In this document: piece after piece, positions 1 through 11,659 of the stretch
Layout: every line of letters starts with the position of its first letter
Position numbering within the stretch: the first letter of the stretch is position 1
Source: Scyliorhinus canicula
Taxonomy: Eukaryota
DNA length: 64,000 bases
Assembly (NCBI RefSeq): GCF_902713615.1
Contig: NW_024055458.1
Coordinates: 1-64,000 of the forward strand
Reading direction: 5' to 3'
Translations under genes and position numbers: made by a program
The notes under the pieces: generated by a model
Databases searched by the model: none
What the model was told of the DNA's origin: nothing
Seen by the model: only the letters and a program-made list of their open reading frames with translations

Positions 1-1430
1 TGCATCAACTATCTTTATTCGATTTTTTCTTAAGCCTGCTGTTTTCTCCGGACAATCGCCCTTCAAGCACTTCCAAATGCCTAAACCGTTTGCATTCAAC
101 CAGAAAGCGTGTAACCGCTCAGTGTCACCGAGTTTAAAACAATACAGAAACAATGCAGAAACGCTGAACCGTTTGACAGATCTGAATAATTTAAAGTCAC
201 TCAGATACACAATCTCCTCAACAGAACAAAACACTAAATCACAACCAATGAAGGACTGAACCCGGTTATGGAGAAGCAGCTCAACTCCACATCGAACAGG
301 ATCAAACTTAATATTGCAAGAAAAATATCAATATCCAGCAAACCAGCTAGTCACCAAATGTGTGAATTATTAAAGTAAACAGAAATGTTCCCGGATATTA
401 ATAACAAATAAAATATTGAAACTTAACCATGTTTTTCACACTGAGTCATTTTTCAAGCACATTTAAATGCTTTTAATGTTTACAGTTGATGGTAAAAGCT
501 GCAACCATCAGATGCCACCGAGATTAAACTTTGCACGAACGGCAAACTGTGATTGCAGCAACAACTTGTGCTCGGAAAGGCTTTGTGGTAAAACGTGCCT
601 TAGATTAATCTGCAATTTTCACTTTTTTTTCAAGATGCACTAACAGCCTCCCTGTTCTCTGCCTACAACCCTGCGACAGGCAGTTTCAAACACGTATACT
701 CTGCATTCAATCACAAACCGTGTAACCGCTCAGTGTCACCGAGTTGAATCAATACAGACACACCAAACCGTTTCACAAACTTCCCTACTCAAAGTCACCA
801 AAAACATTCCTCAGCAGGAAAACACCAAATCACATCACTGAAGGAGTGAAACATCATGGAGAAGCAGCTCAATTCTACAAACACTTCCAAAAGAATCAAA
901 TGTAACATTGCACGAAAATCTCAATTTAGAATGCACCAAACCCGCATGTCATCAAATGAATGAACAGGTAAACTAAACAGAAAACTTGATTAATATCATC
1001 AGCACTTTCAGTGAGCAGAACATGTTCAATAAGATGATACAGAAACTTTAGCACATTTTGTCAATATTGGGATCGATCTCATACACTTGTGCGGAAGACG
1101 GTGCAAACTGCAGACATTAGATAGAACCGAGATTAAACATCGTACAAACAGACGTTTTGTATTTAAAGTAACCCAGCCACACAGTATCCTCAGCAAATAA
1201 ACATCAAATCACAGCAAACAGGGACTGAATCCCTCAGCAGCATCTTTCTGTCAAGAAGCCGCGGGATTCTATATCCCCCTTTCAGCAGAATCAAATGAAA
1301 CATTGCAACAACATCTCAATACATGATCCACCAAAACACATTCCAGTGAATGAATGGATTTTGAAAATGCAGAAAAATATAAAACAAATACTCAAGTAAA
1401 ACAGTTGGTAAATGACGGAATGGTTCTTAC

Positions 1431-1478
1431 CTGCAGTCACCGTCACCATGGTGCCTTGTCCCCAGTAGCCGAAGTAGT
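1431..1478 (-). CDS. IGHJ: Ig heavy-chain JH segment (YFGYWGQGTMVTVTA)
   Basis: Minus strand reads AC TAC TTC GGC TAC TGG GGA CAA GGC ACC ATG GTG ACG GTG ACT GCA G|GTAAG. WGxG motif, phase-1 splice donor at 1430-1429, RSS directly upstream. Confidence 0.97.
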
Positions 1479-1517
1479 CACAGTGTCACATTCCCTGAGC
1501 TGCTCCATACAATAACC
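1479..1517 (-). other. JH 23-bp-spacer recombination signal sequence
   Basis: Plus strand: CACAGTG (1479-1485), 23 nt, ACAATAACC (1509-1517). Confidence 0.93.
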
Positions 1518-1839
1518 GGACCTGCACAAAATAGACAGAAATCCACCATTATTTTAAACATTCACAAACCAACGGCAAAGAAAATTCACGATTAATTTTC
1601 AGGAAATTATATTAATATTTGTGGATACCGTTCTCTCTTCGTAAATGACCGAATGTTTTACATTTCACAGACATGGAAATGTTATTGAAAACACCAACTG
1701 TGACTAACTAACGACCACCAAATTTCCATTTTCATTCTTATTATTTTGTCAGTGCTGGAAATAATTAATACTTCACTGTGAATAAAGTTGGATTGTAAAA
1801 GCGAGCACTGAGCCAGCCTCAGTTAATTAGTGCTGAGGG

Positions 1840-1907
1840 GCTTTTTGTATTGACAGTAACTGCTGTGCTACCCAGCTATCACAGTGAGACACAGCGTGTC
1901 AAATACT
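1840..1907 (-). other. IGHD: DH2 segment (ATAGCTGGGTAG, 1868-1879) flanked by 12/12 RSS
   Basis: Plus strand: GCTTTTTGT (1840-1848), 12 nt, TGCTGTG (1861-1867), 12-nt D, CACAGTG (1880-1886), 12 nt, TCAAATACT (1899-1907). The 12/12 arrangement is typical of shark IgM D2. Confidence 0.93.
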
Positions 1908-2219
1908 GCGGCAGACTGTTAACTGTAAAATACAGAGATTTAATTTCACTGCTCACACAAAAAACTAACTCTCTCTCTTCCAAGAGCGAATGGGTGAGTT
2001 ATTTCAGCTTGTCCTGATCATTACATTTATAAAGAGGGTCGGAACATTTTTAAAACCTCTGTGCAGATTTAGCGAGTCGGTCAACAGAGATAAAGTGGAA
2101 GATTTTTATACCTTTTTGTAAATTAATATTACTTCCAAACTTTGTTTTATTTAAAACTCATTTACATTGACGATCCTGTTGTGGCGCTGATCACCAATTT
2201 GAACAAACTCTTTCACTGA

Positions 2220-2297
2220 GGTTTTTGTATGAGGATGTCGCTGTGCACAGCACTGTGACCCACTGTAGTCACAGTGACAGATACCCGCACAAAAACT
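2220..2297 (-). other. IGHD: DH1 segment (ACTACAGTGGGT, 2258-2269) flanked by a 12-RSS (V side) and a 22-RSS (D2 side)
   Basis: Plus strand: GGTTTTTGT (2220-2228), 22 nt, CACTGTG (2251-2257), 12-nt D, CACAGTG (2270-2276), 12 nt, ACAAAAACT (2289-2297). Confidence 0.95.
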
Positions 2298-2667
2298 GCA
2301 CTCACTCTCTGTTCAATCCTGCTGCTCAATATTCACTTCAAATACACGTTTACTTCTGATCTAATTTACTATTTATACAGCAGTTTATCAAATCCAATGT
2401 ACATAGATTTTCCCAAGTATCAGAAATAATAAAACGATGATTATATTCAAGTCTGTATTTGCTGAAACTGTGAACAGTAAATATAAACAGACAAAAGCTC
2501 ATCCTATTAGATCGATTGGTTTGTTCGGGTTTACTGTTTAATTTTCTCTGTGTGAGTTATGTAAGAAGCAGCTTGTGTTTTGATTCTGATCACTGACATC
2601 AATATTACATTTGAATCAAGTGCTGACCTTCAGGTTAAGGTGCAAATTGCTGAATTCCCTCTCGAGC

Positions 2668-2706
2668 TGTTCTTGTGCGGGTCCAGCCCTGGTTCCTCTC
2701 GCTGTG
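2668..2706 (-). other. VH 23-bp-spacer RSS
   Basis: Minus strand: CACAGCG (2706-2700), 23 nt AGAGGAACCAGGGCTGGACCCGC, ACAAGAACA (2676-2668). Confidence 0.93.
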
Positions 2707-3011
2707 GCCTCTTGCACAGTAATAGATGGCGGTGTCTTCGGTCTTCAGGTTCGTCATGGCCAAAGAGAAGATGTTGTTTGAAGTGTCTTTGGACGCAGTG
2801 AATCGATCTTTAATGGCTGGGGCGTAGTTGCTGTTGGATGAAATATAGTAATATACCAACCACTCCAGCCCCTGGCCGGGAACCTGCCGGACCCAGTGCA
2901 TGTAAGCGGTGCCGAGATCGAAGCCGCTGGTTTTACAGGTCAGTGTCAGGGAGCCTCCGGGACGCCCGGTCCCTGCCTCTGGCTGAGTCAACACAACATC
3001 CGACTGGACAC
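2707..3011 (-). CDS. IGHV: Ig heavy-chain V exon, shark IgM-type VH, open frame
   Basis: TTTTTACAG acceptor, then [101 protein letters not shown]. Both canonical Cys, WVRQ and GLEW are present; sequence style matches elasmobranch IgM VH. Confidence 0.97.
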
Positions 3012-3129
3012 CTGTAAAAATATATCAAAAAGCCCGAGGATTAATGCTGGTGAAATGATTGGTGACTCTGGAGAGAGACTAACATTGAGACAGTAACAGT
3101 GAGAGACTTGGACAATAAAAACTACTCAC

Positions 3130-3175
3130 GGGATAAGAAAGTCAGCAACAAACTGAGAGAAATGGCCCACCTCAT
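3130..3175 (-). CDS. IGHV: VH leader exon (MRWAISLSLLLTFLS, phase 1)
   Basis: ATG at 3175-3173, 15 codons plus 1 nt, GTGAGT donor. Splices in frame to the V exon to give ...FLSRVQS. Confidence 0.93.
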
Positions 3176-3265
3176 CCTTCTGGTCATTTGGGGGAAATGG
3201 TTGTGTCAGGAACTCAGTGAAACAAACCAGCTCCCGGACTGTTGGATTCGGGTCCCAGTGAGCGG

Positions 3266-3340
3266 CATTTAAATACCCGGCAGAAGGGGGCGGCTTTCCA
3301 GGCGCCGCCTTTTGATTCCCTGGTGGAGGCGGCGCCTGGA
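3266..3340 (-). promoter_or_regulatory. Putative VH promoter: TATTTAAAT TATA-like box and GC-rich inverted repeat
   Basis: Minus-strand TATTTAAAT about 95 nt upstream of the leader ATG; 14-bp inverted repeat at 3297-3310 and 3327-3340. Confidence 0.55.
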
Positions 3341-5082
3341 TCCACGTCCCACCTTCCACACCCCCAACAGAATGGACTCAGATATTTACTATAGGTTATT
3401 ATTAAAAAGTGACACTAGATCGGTATATTTGTTTGGCTGAATGGATTCATTGTAATGTCTATCCTCATCCGAATGGAAAATTATATTTGAGCATCTCTGA
3501 GTAAAATCTAATTCCATTATATATTAAGTCTCTTTATTTCTGCACTCCAATATAAAGGGATGAACATAAACAGAATAAATTACATTTTCAGGGTATAAAT
3601 CGTCTGTCTATCCAATTACAACAGCAAAGTATAATTTATCAGACGAAATGTAACTAAATGAGGGAATGAATGACGTGATTACATTTGCAGTGCGGATGGC
3701 CATCACTGTACAATGTGGGTCTGTCGACAAGAAGAAACTCTCACATTACACAATGTCTCTCTTTACATTTCTCAAACTGTCCCTCAGCCTCAGACAGTCC
3801 TGTGAACATTAACGGTGAAAGAAGCCGCTTGCCTGATAATTCAGCAGTGAGTTGACAGAGAAACATAAAATTCAGACCAGCTTTTGACAGAGAAGTTAAT
3901 GAATCAGAACGGACGCGGCGATCAGCAAAGTTATCCTTTAGCATCCAAATCGTTGCCGCTAATTTTACTGACCAGCGGCTGTCTAACATTCACTGGGGTT
4001 GGGAACACAGGATATCAGGACTTTGCGGCATATTACACAATATCACAGGAATAAATGTTTTATTCTCCACGAAAGCAGGTCATGAACTGGTCATTTCTCC
4101 ACTCATTGGCAGCAATGAGAGGGACTGTTAAACAATTGAAATCCAGACAAATTAAACTGTACATAACACGGTGTTAATCGGGTATAAGAGATCAAGGAGA
4201 TCAAGAATTCGGAGAATATTCTAGGAATCCCCGCGAGTTTAATGCAGTTTATTTACTTTAAATTCATTTTATTTTATTTTTTGTAATTGAAGTCATCTTA
4301 TTGAATTTGTGGATTGGGTCCATCAACACCACTCACTCTCACTTCATTAGGCTCTTAACAAACGGACTTTAATAACTAGAGTGACCTTTCCTCGGAACTA
4401 ATATAAATTAAATAGCATCTGGTCAGTTAACTATTTTCCCATTGTGTTTAATCTCATAGTGAACAAAACATTCAGTGAATATGTTTCTTTGCATGGATCA
4501 CCATTTAAAACGGTTACTTCATGTGAGACTGAAACATTTATTGATTGAATGGATAAATCCCATTTTATCCATTCATATTCAGGCTAATCTGCCCCACACT
4601 GTATTTGGCAGCAATCCAGCCGCCTGCAGTCAGGGAGGCTCGAATGTTCGATGTTGTTTACAGGAAGCATCTGGATTTGTTTTTCAAAGATCTGTTTCCT
4701 CAGTACTGACCGCTTGGCTGCAAGCCAACTTCAAATTCTTAACATTGTCAATGAGGACTATTTATAAACAAATCTACCCAGCAACAGTACTGGAGATCAT
4801 TTTATGTTTTAAATTGCGAATTTATTTGAACTGTTCCCATCTCTAAGGAAAGGAGAGTTATCCAGCTATTCTAGCCTCTCTTAACAACACTAACCGGCTG
4901 GAGGATCTCTCCCACACCTCATAACATTGTGATGATGGATAGAAATACAAACAGACTATCAGACAGAGGGTACATTTTGTAATAGATAAACACGTAATTC
5001 ATGTGGATGGATAGATGGTCTGAAAGATGTTGTTCCACATTCTCAATTTTGCGCTTGATAAATTAAAGCAGGTCCTTCATAA

Positions 5083-5424
5083 TTTGTGGATAGCACAATT
5101 GCTTCACAGCTCCAGGGTCCCAGGTTCGATTCCGGCTTCGGTCACTGTCTGTGCGGAGTCTGCACATCCTCCCCGTGTGTGTGTGGGTTTCCTCCGGGTG
5201 CTCCGGTTTCCTCCCACAGTCCAAAGATGTGCAGGTTAGTTGCATTGGCCATGATAAATTGCCCTTAGTGTCCAAAATTGTCCTTAGTGTTGGGTGGGGT
5301 TACTGGGTTATGGGGATAAGGTGGAGGTGTTGACTTTGGGTAAGGTGCTCTTTCCAAGAGCTGGTGCAGACACGATGGGCCGAATGGCCTCCTTCTGCAC
5401 TGTAAATTCTATGATACTCTATGA
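5083..5424 (+). mobile_element. tRNA-derived SINE (HE1/V-SINE-like) with CR1-type tail
   Basis: B-box-like GGTTCGATTCC, core GGGTTTCCTCCGGGTGCTCCGGTTTCCTCCCACAGTCCAAAGA, TTCTATGA-type tail; many near-copies elsewhere in the window. Confidence 0.9.
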
Positions 5425-6319
5425 ATATGATAATTAGTGCCAGACTAATACATTCGGTGGCTGAAGCTTTTCTGGGTGAATTCCATCCCCAGACTATCGG
5501 GAACTGACGAGCTGGACTTCACTAAGAGGAAAGTAGAGATATTCCTGCGGTTCTAGCGATTCTTCTCTGCTGATGACGAATCTTCATTTCAAAGACAGAA
5601 AGCGGGAACATGATTACATTGAGGAGGGACGGTTGTAATATTGTGTGTATGTGGTCATTTCATGTACAAAAGTCACTCCAGATGTCCCGACACAACTTAA
5701 TGAAGACACCAGACTGAAAACAGAAATCCTGTGAAACTCAGTGGACAGATGCGGACGTTGAATTGCTTTCCAAAACAGTGTAATAACAAATCGGGATTTA
5801 AAGATTCATTAACGTCACATCAGGTACAGGTATTTTCATTTCTACCGACACTTTAAAAATCATCTCACCCTCCAGTCTGGCGATTCTGTGTGAGGATGAG
5901 GTGAATACTGACCAATACAGCGCAGAGGCTGCTGGGAGGCTGCACATTATCCTCGGTGTGGTTTAATTCCATTTCACATTGAATTCTGACGCAGATGTTA
6001 CTTGTTGGTGACAGAATGGTCAATGCTATCTCAATGAAGTTTAATCTCAATAAATTATGTTAAACATAGGAATTAGGAGCAGAAGTCGGAGTTTCAGACA
6101 TTGGAGCCTGCTCCGCCGTTCAATCATCATGGCTGATCTCTTCCTGGTCTCAAATCCACCTCCCTTAAATGAATTGCATTTACATTTTGTAAAACCAAAT
6201 GCGGAAAATAATAGGTGAATGTAACTATTTATGTTGTGAGTTGATCATAATTGATTAATATAAGTATTTAACTTTGTGAGTTGTGATAATTGGTAACATT
6301 CGCCACGGAAGTGCTGAAG

Positions 6320-7135
6320 AATGACCATCTCCGCCAAAATAGAATCTAACAATCTCTCCTTGACATTCAATGATATTGTCATCGCTGAATCCCCAATTAT
6401 CAATACCCTGGGGTTACCATTGACCAGAAACTGTCCTGGACTGACCATATAAATGCTGAGGTGACATGATCCGATCAGGGTCTAGGAAATCTGTGGCGAG
6501 TAACTCACTCATGACTCCCAAAGCCTGTTCACCATCTATGAGGCATAAGTCAGGAGTGTAATTGAATACTCTCCAGTTGCCTGGCTGGGTGCAGCTCCAA
6601 CAACATTGAAGAAGCTTGACACCATCCAGGTCAAAGCAGCCCGCTTGATTGTCACCCTATGTGCAAACACTCTTATGATGGACATGGCTAGAATGGATGG
6701 CAGGAACTCATTCCCAGGGTGGCAAGGTCAGTCACCAGGTAGCATAGGATTAAGGTCCGTGCGGCAAAGTTTAGAGGAGATTTAGTGGGAGGCAAGGTTC
6801 CATCCACCACCGTTGAACAATGACAATAATTTACCATCCGCAAGATGCACCACAGAAACCCATCAAGTCTCCTTTGAAACACCTTCTAAATCCAGGCCCA
6901 TTGCCTTCTAGAAGGAAAAGGCAGCTGACACATGGAAAGATCACCACCTGGAAATTCCTCTCCAAATCACTCACTATCCTGACTTGGAAATATATCGCAG
7001 CATCTTCGGTGTCGCTGGTTCGAACGACTATAACTCCCTCCCTAACAGCGCCGTCAGTGTACCGACACCAGAGTGACTGCGGAGGTTCAAATAGGTAGCA
7101 CATCACCACTTTGTTAAAGACAATTAGCGATGGTC
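6320..7135 (+). mobile_element. Decayed 3' part of a CR1/L2-group (Jockey superclade) LINE
   Basis: Broken frames give ILGVTIDQKL..W..HIN and IYEA*VRSVIEYSP-like RT C-terminal motifs; homologous to 11660-12628 and 44925-47110. Confidence 0.75.
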
Positions 7136-7429
7136 AATAAATCATGGCCCAACTAGCGACACCCGCACCATATAACTTAATTTAAAACTGTATTAATTTT
7201 TGTGAAACGACGGTAATTGGTGAATTCAATTATTTATATTCATAATTGAATGAAGATTGATGAATATAATTACTGTGTTTCTGAACATTTGTGGCCTTCT
7301 CCTTCTCTGATGGAAGATATAAACCATCCCACAGGAGATTCATGATGCAAAATCATAACCAATATCTGAAAACAAAGTGGACAGAGGAAACTGCAGCAAC
7401 TATTGACCTATCTCACGCATAGCAGCACT

Positions 7430-8110
7430 GGGAAGGCCATTGCTAGCTTCACACTTTAAATACATCATCTGCTTGCAGGCTGAATGTAGCTGGATGCAAG
7501 GTGCGGTGTCTGTGTCGCAAGATTTACTCTGGGCGTGATCTGTTCCCTATACCACAAGTCTACCTCTTCACCTTGCTTTCATCAACATCAATAAACATTC
7601 GTCAGCAGAGCAGAGACTATAGGTTTTGGGGATAATTGGCTGTCTGCTAAAGCTCCCCTGTCTCATTCACTTCTTCCATGGCAAAATGCACTGCATTGTA
7701 CAGATTGACGATTCCACTTCCGACAGATTCTAAGTGAATAATTGAGTGAAAGAGGACCGTGTGATTGACCCAACTCTATTCGGGAGCTTTCTCTTCAAGC
7801 TGCTGATCTTTGCCTTCCCTGAAGATATGAATGAAGTCCACTAGCACACCCGGTCAGGCTGCAACCTTTCAGTCATCAAAACGGAGACAAAATCACAATG
7901 CATCCGCATCAGAGAATTCCTCTAGGCTGAAAATTCTATCATCCAAACAAAACCTCATCCACAGAGACTCATGGACTCTGTCCCCAATGCCTGTAACTTG
8001 TTCTTCCTTGCCATAAGCATGAGGAAAACAGTGATCATGGACAAGGTGTTGCACTTTCAGCCTTGATGTAGAACATGATGCTGACATGGGGAAAGCAGGT
8101 ACTACCTTTG
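7430..8110 (+). mobile_element. Decayed RTE-clade LINE RT fragment
   Basis: Frame-hopping translation recovers RTE-like KIGC.PKLLSLIH, AFPEDM and CNLF.LAISMRKTVIM segments. Confidence 0.65.
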
Positions 8111-8204
8111 TTTGACTCATTAAAATGTCCATGGAATAACATCAAGCTTTGGAATGAGCTAATGGTTTATAAGGCCTGAACTCTCAGAACCTTAGGCCAG
8201 CAAG

Positions 8205-8537
8205 TTAGAACAGTGGCAAGCACAGTTGCTCCATAGCTTCAGGGTCACCGGTTCAATTTCTGCCTTGGGTCACTGTGCAGAGTCTGCAAATTCTCTCCGT
8301 GTCTGCGTGGGTTCCTCCGGGCGCTCCGGTTTCCTCCCACAGTCCTAAGATGTCCAGGATAGGTGGATTGGCTATGCTAAATTACTATTAGCATCCATAA
8401 AAGGTCAGATGGTATTACAGAGATAGGGTGGAGATGTGGGGATAGGGTGGAAGTACGGGTTAGGTAGGATGCTGTCTCCAAGGGACTTGATGGGCCGAAT
8501 AGCCTCCTTCTGCACTGTAAATTCTATGATTCTATGA
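8205..8537 (+). mobile_element. HE1/V-SINE-like SINE
   Basis: Same core and TTCTATGATTCTATG tail as 5083-5424. Confidence 0.85.
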
Positions 8538-9260
8538 ACCTTGTCGTATGTCTGTGAAACAAGGAACACTTGCAGCTGTCAAGAAAAATAGCTCAAAAAA
8601 TTTCATCTTTGTTGTCCGCAGTGCATTATGGATATTTACTGGCAGGACAAAATCAGAAATGCAGCAATTCTCTCAAAGACAGAGCTTCCTTCAAAACAAT
8701 GAAAAAAGGTGGTTTGCACGGTTCTAGTGTGGTCTCCAAATGGAAGATGGTCACATGAATTTCCACTTCGCGAAGCAGCTGGAGCCACGCATCCAGTGGG
8801 GAGCCAAATATTCCACTTCAAGGTTTCTTCTAAGTTTGACATAATGTCCCTAAACCGAGATATTGAGCATCGCAATTGGGTGTCACCAGCAGCAAACGGA
8901 AAACATGGCGGCACTTCCGGTGGGCTGGTGTGAGCCACCTGGACCAGTGGATTCAGCAGCTTTGACATTGACACAAACCGAGAATATGAAAACCCAGAAC
9001 GACAATTGGGAGCTTCATGTGCAACACTTGTCTCGAAATCAGTGGATATTTGTTGGTTATCTATTGGAAATTGAAGGATGCCTGTGACCTGAGTGACATT
9101 CAGTTGTACACAGCATGGGTGCTTTCGCACACACACACGAAACACAGATATACAGTTTCTCACACACGCCTTCTCTCTGTCTTACACGCACACCCACAAT
9201 TTCCCATTCAACTTAAGATCCCAGCTTAACTTCCTTGGAGGCTTTGGAGCCAATGACCCC

Positions 9261-11088
9261 ATATCAAACTAAGCTAGAGTCACAGACAGACTCTCGGCGG
9301 TTGTGGCAAGGACGAGGCAACATAACGGGCTACAAAGCGAAGCCGAGCAGTATCTCTGGCAGCAGTGCACCCCTCCCCGATGAACTTAACGCATTCTATG
9401 CTCGGTTTGAGCAGGTAACCAACAACCCGCTATCGAGTGCCCCAGCAACCCATAATTCACCCATACCCACCATCACAGTTTCCGAAGTCAGATCGGCCTT
9501 CCTGAAAGTGAACCCACGGAAGGCGATGGGTCCGGACGGGATCCCTGGTCGTGCACTCAGAACCTGCGCGGACCAGCTGGCAGAGGTTTTCACAGACATC
9601 TTTAACCTATCCCTACTCCACTCCGAGGTCCCCACCTGCTTCAAGAAGACCACCATCATACCGGTACCAAAGAAGAATGAGGCAACGTGCCTCAATGACT
9701 ACCGTCCGGTGGCCCTGACGTCAGTTGTAATGAAGTGCTTTGAGAGGCTGATCATGAAGCGCATCACCTCCATACTCCCGGAACGCCTTGACCCACTTCA
9801 ATTCACATACCGTCGTAACCGGTCCACATCAGACGCCATTTCCCTGGCCCTACACTCATCCCTAGAGCATCTCGAAAACAAGGACTCCTACATCAGACTC
9901 TTATTTATTGACTACAGCTCCGCCTTCAACACCATAATCCCAGCCAAGCTCATATCAAAGCTCCAAAACCTAGGACTTGGCTCTCCACTCTGCAACTGGA
10001 TCCTTGACTTTCTGACCAACAGACCACAGTCAGTAAGAATGAACACCAACACCTCCTCCACAATAGTCCTCAACACCGGTGCCCCGCAAGGCTGCGTACT
10101 TAGCCCCCTACTCTACTCCCTGTACACACACGACTGCATGGCAAAACTTGGTTCCAACTCCATCTACAAGTTTGCTGACGATACGACCATAGTGGGCCGG
10201 ATCTCGAACAACGACGAGTCTGAATACAGGAGGGAGATAGAGAACTTAGTGGAGTGGTGCAACGACAACAATCTCTCCCTTAATGCCAGCAAAACTAAAG
10301 AGCTGGTCATCGACTTCAGGAAGCATAGTACTGTACACACCCCTGTCAGCATCAACGGAGCCGAGGTAGAGATGGTGAGCAGTTTCAAATTCCTAGGGGT
10401 GCACATCACCAAAAATCTATCCTGGTCCACTCATGTCGACGCTATCACCAAGAAAGCACAACAGCGCCTTTACTTCCTCAGGAAACTAAGGAAATTTGTC
10501 ATGTCCACATTAACCCTTACCAACTTTTACAGATACACTATAGAGAGCATCCTCTCGGGCTGCATCACAGCCTGGTATGGCAACTGCTCGGCCCAGGACC
10601 GCAAGGAACTTCAGAGAGTCGTGAATACCGCCCAGTCCATCACACGAACCTGCCTCCCATCCATTGATTCCATCTACACCTCCCGCTGCCGGGGGAAAGC
10701 AGGCAGCATAATCAAGGATCCCTCCCACCCGGCTTACTCACTTTTCCAACTTCTTCCATCGGGCAGGAGATTCAGAAGTCTGAGAACACGGACGAACAGA
10801 CTCAAAAACAGCTTCTTCCCCACTGTCACCAGACTCCTAAATGACCCTTTTATGGACTGTCCTCATTAACACTACACCCTGTCTGCTTCATCCGATGCCA
10901 ATGCTTATGTAGTTACATTGTATATCTTGTGTTGCCCTATTATGTATTCTCATGTATTTTCTTGAATTCTGTTCAATTCCCTTTTCTTCCCATGTACTGA
11001 ATGATCTGTTGAGCTGCTTGCAGAAAAATACTTTTCACTGTACCTCGGTACACGTGACAATAAACAAATCCAATCCAATCCAATCCAA
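9261..11088 (+). mobile_element. 5'-truncated Rex1/Babar-type LINE with uninterrupted RT frame and (AATCC)n tail
   Basis: ORF 9235-10869 contains [54 protein letters not shown] and KFADD; AATAAA and (AATCC)n at about 11058-11088. Confidence 0.9.
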
Positions 11089-11659
11089 CCGTCTTTCATC
11101 TGGTATAATGGACCAACAAATTCGCCCCAACATCATGTACGTTAAGTTGAATGTTACATTTCCTTTGGACTCCATACAGGGCCCACACTCCTCCATTTAA
11201 CAAACATGAACAAAAACGCGCGACCAGGGATTCAGCCGCTTTGCTCTGGCACTGACCTCACTGTGCAAGAATCAGCCACCAACACCTGCAATAAGTTAAA
11301 CCTGAGATTTTAGCAGCTCCGCAGAAGGCGATGTGATATTACATTTGTGGAAATGAATTATTGACCCATCAACATCAATGGATCACACCTGACAGCAACA
11401 TTTTCACAGTAACTGCAATTGCAAAGTTTGGCCAGCAGATGGAATTTAAATCGAGATGCTTTACATTACATGAAGCAGACATTGCCACAATAATTACTGC
11501 ACTAATCCCTGTCTCTTTTAATTTTAAATTGGGCTCTATCTGTTTTTTTTTTCGACTAGACTCAGTCTCTGTTTACATTACACGGCACTCTGTTTCAATT
11601 AATACTGCACCGGTACATGTCAATGTTTATATCACACAATCACTGTGATCCTATTTTTA

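Noticed and set aside
1431-3175. Cluster as NAR-TCR/IgNAR or germline-joined VDJ
   Set aside because: The V has a full CDR2 and WVRQ/GLEW motifs of conventional IgM VH; all segments are separate with intact RSS.
5027-5333. Recurrent short ORFs (…RVCVGFLRVLRFPPTVQRCAG etc.) here and at 45149, 47611 and 58019
   Set aside because: Translations of SINE copies, not genes.
8636-9163. 175-aa minus-strand ORF
   Set aside because: Starts in a CA/TG-rich tract, has no recognisable domain and no clear exon signals.
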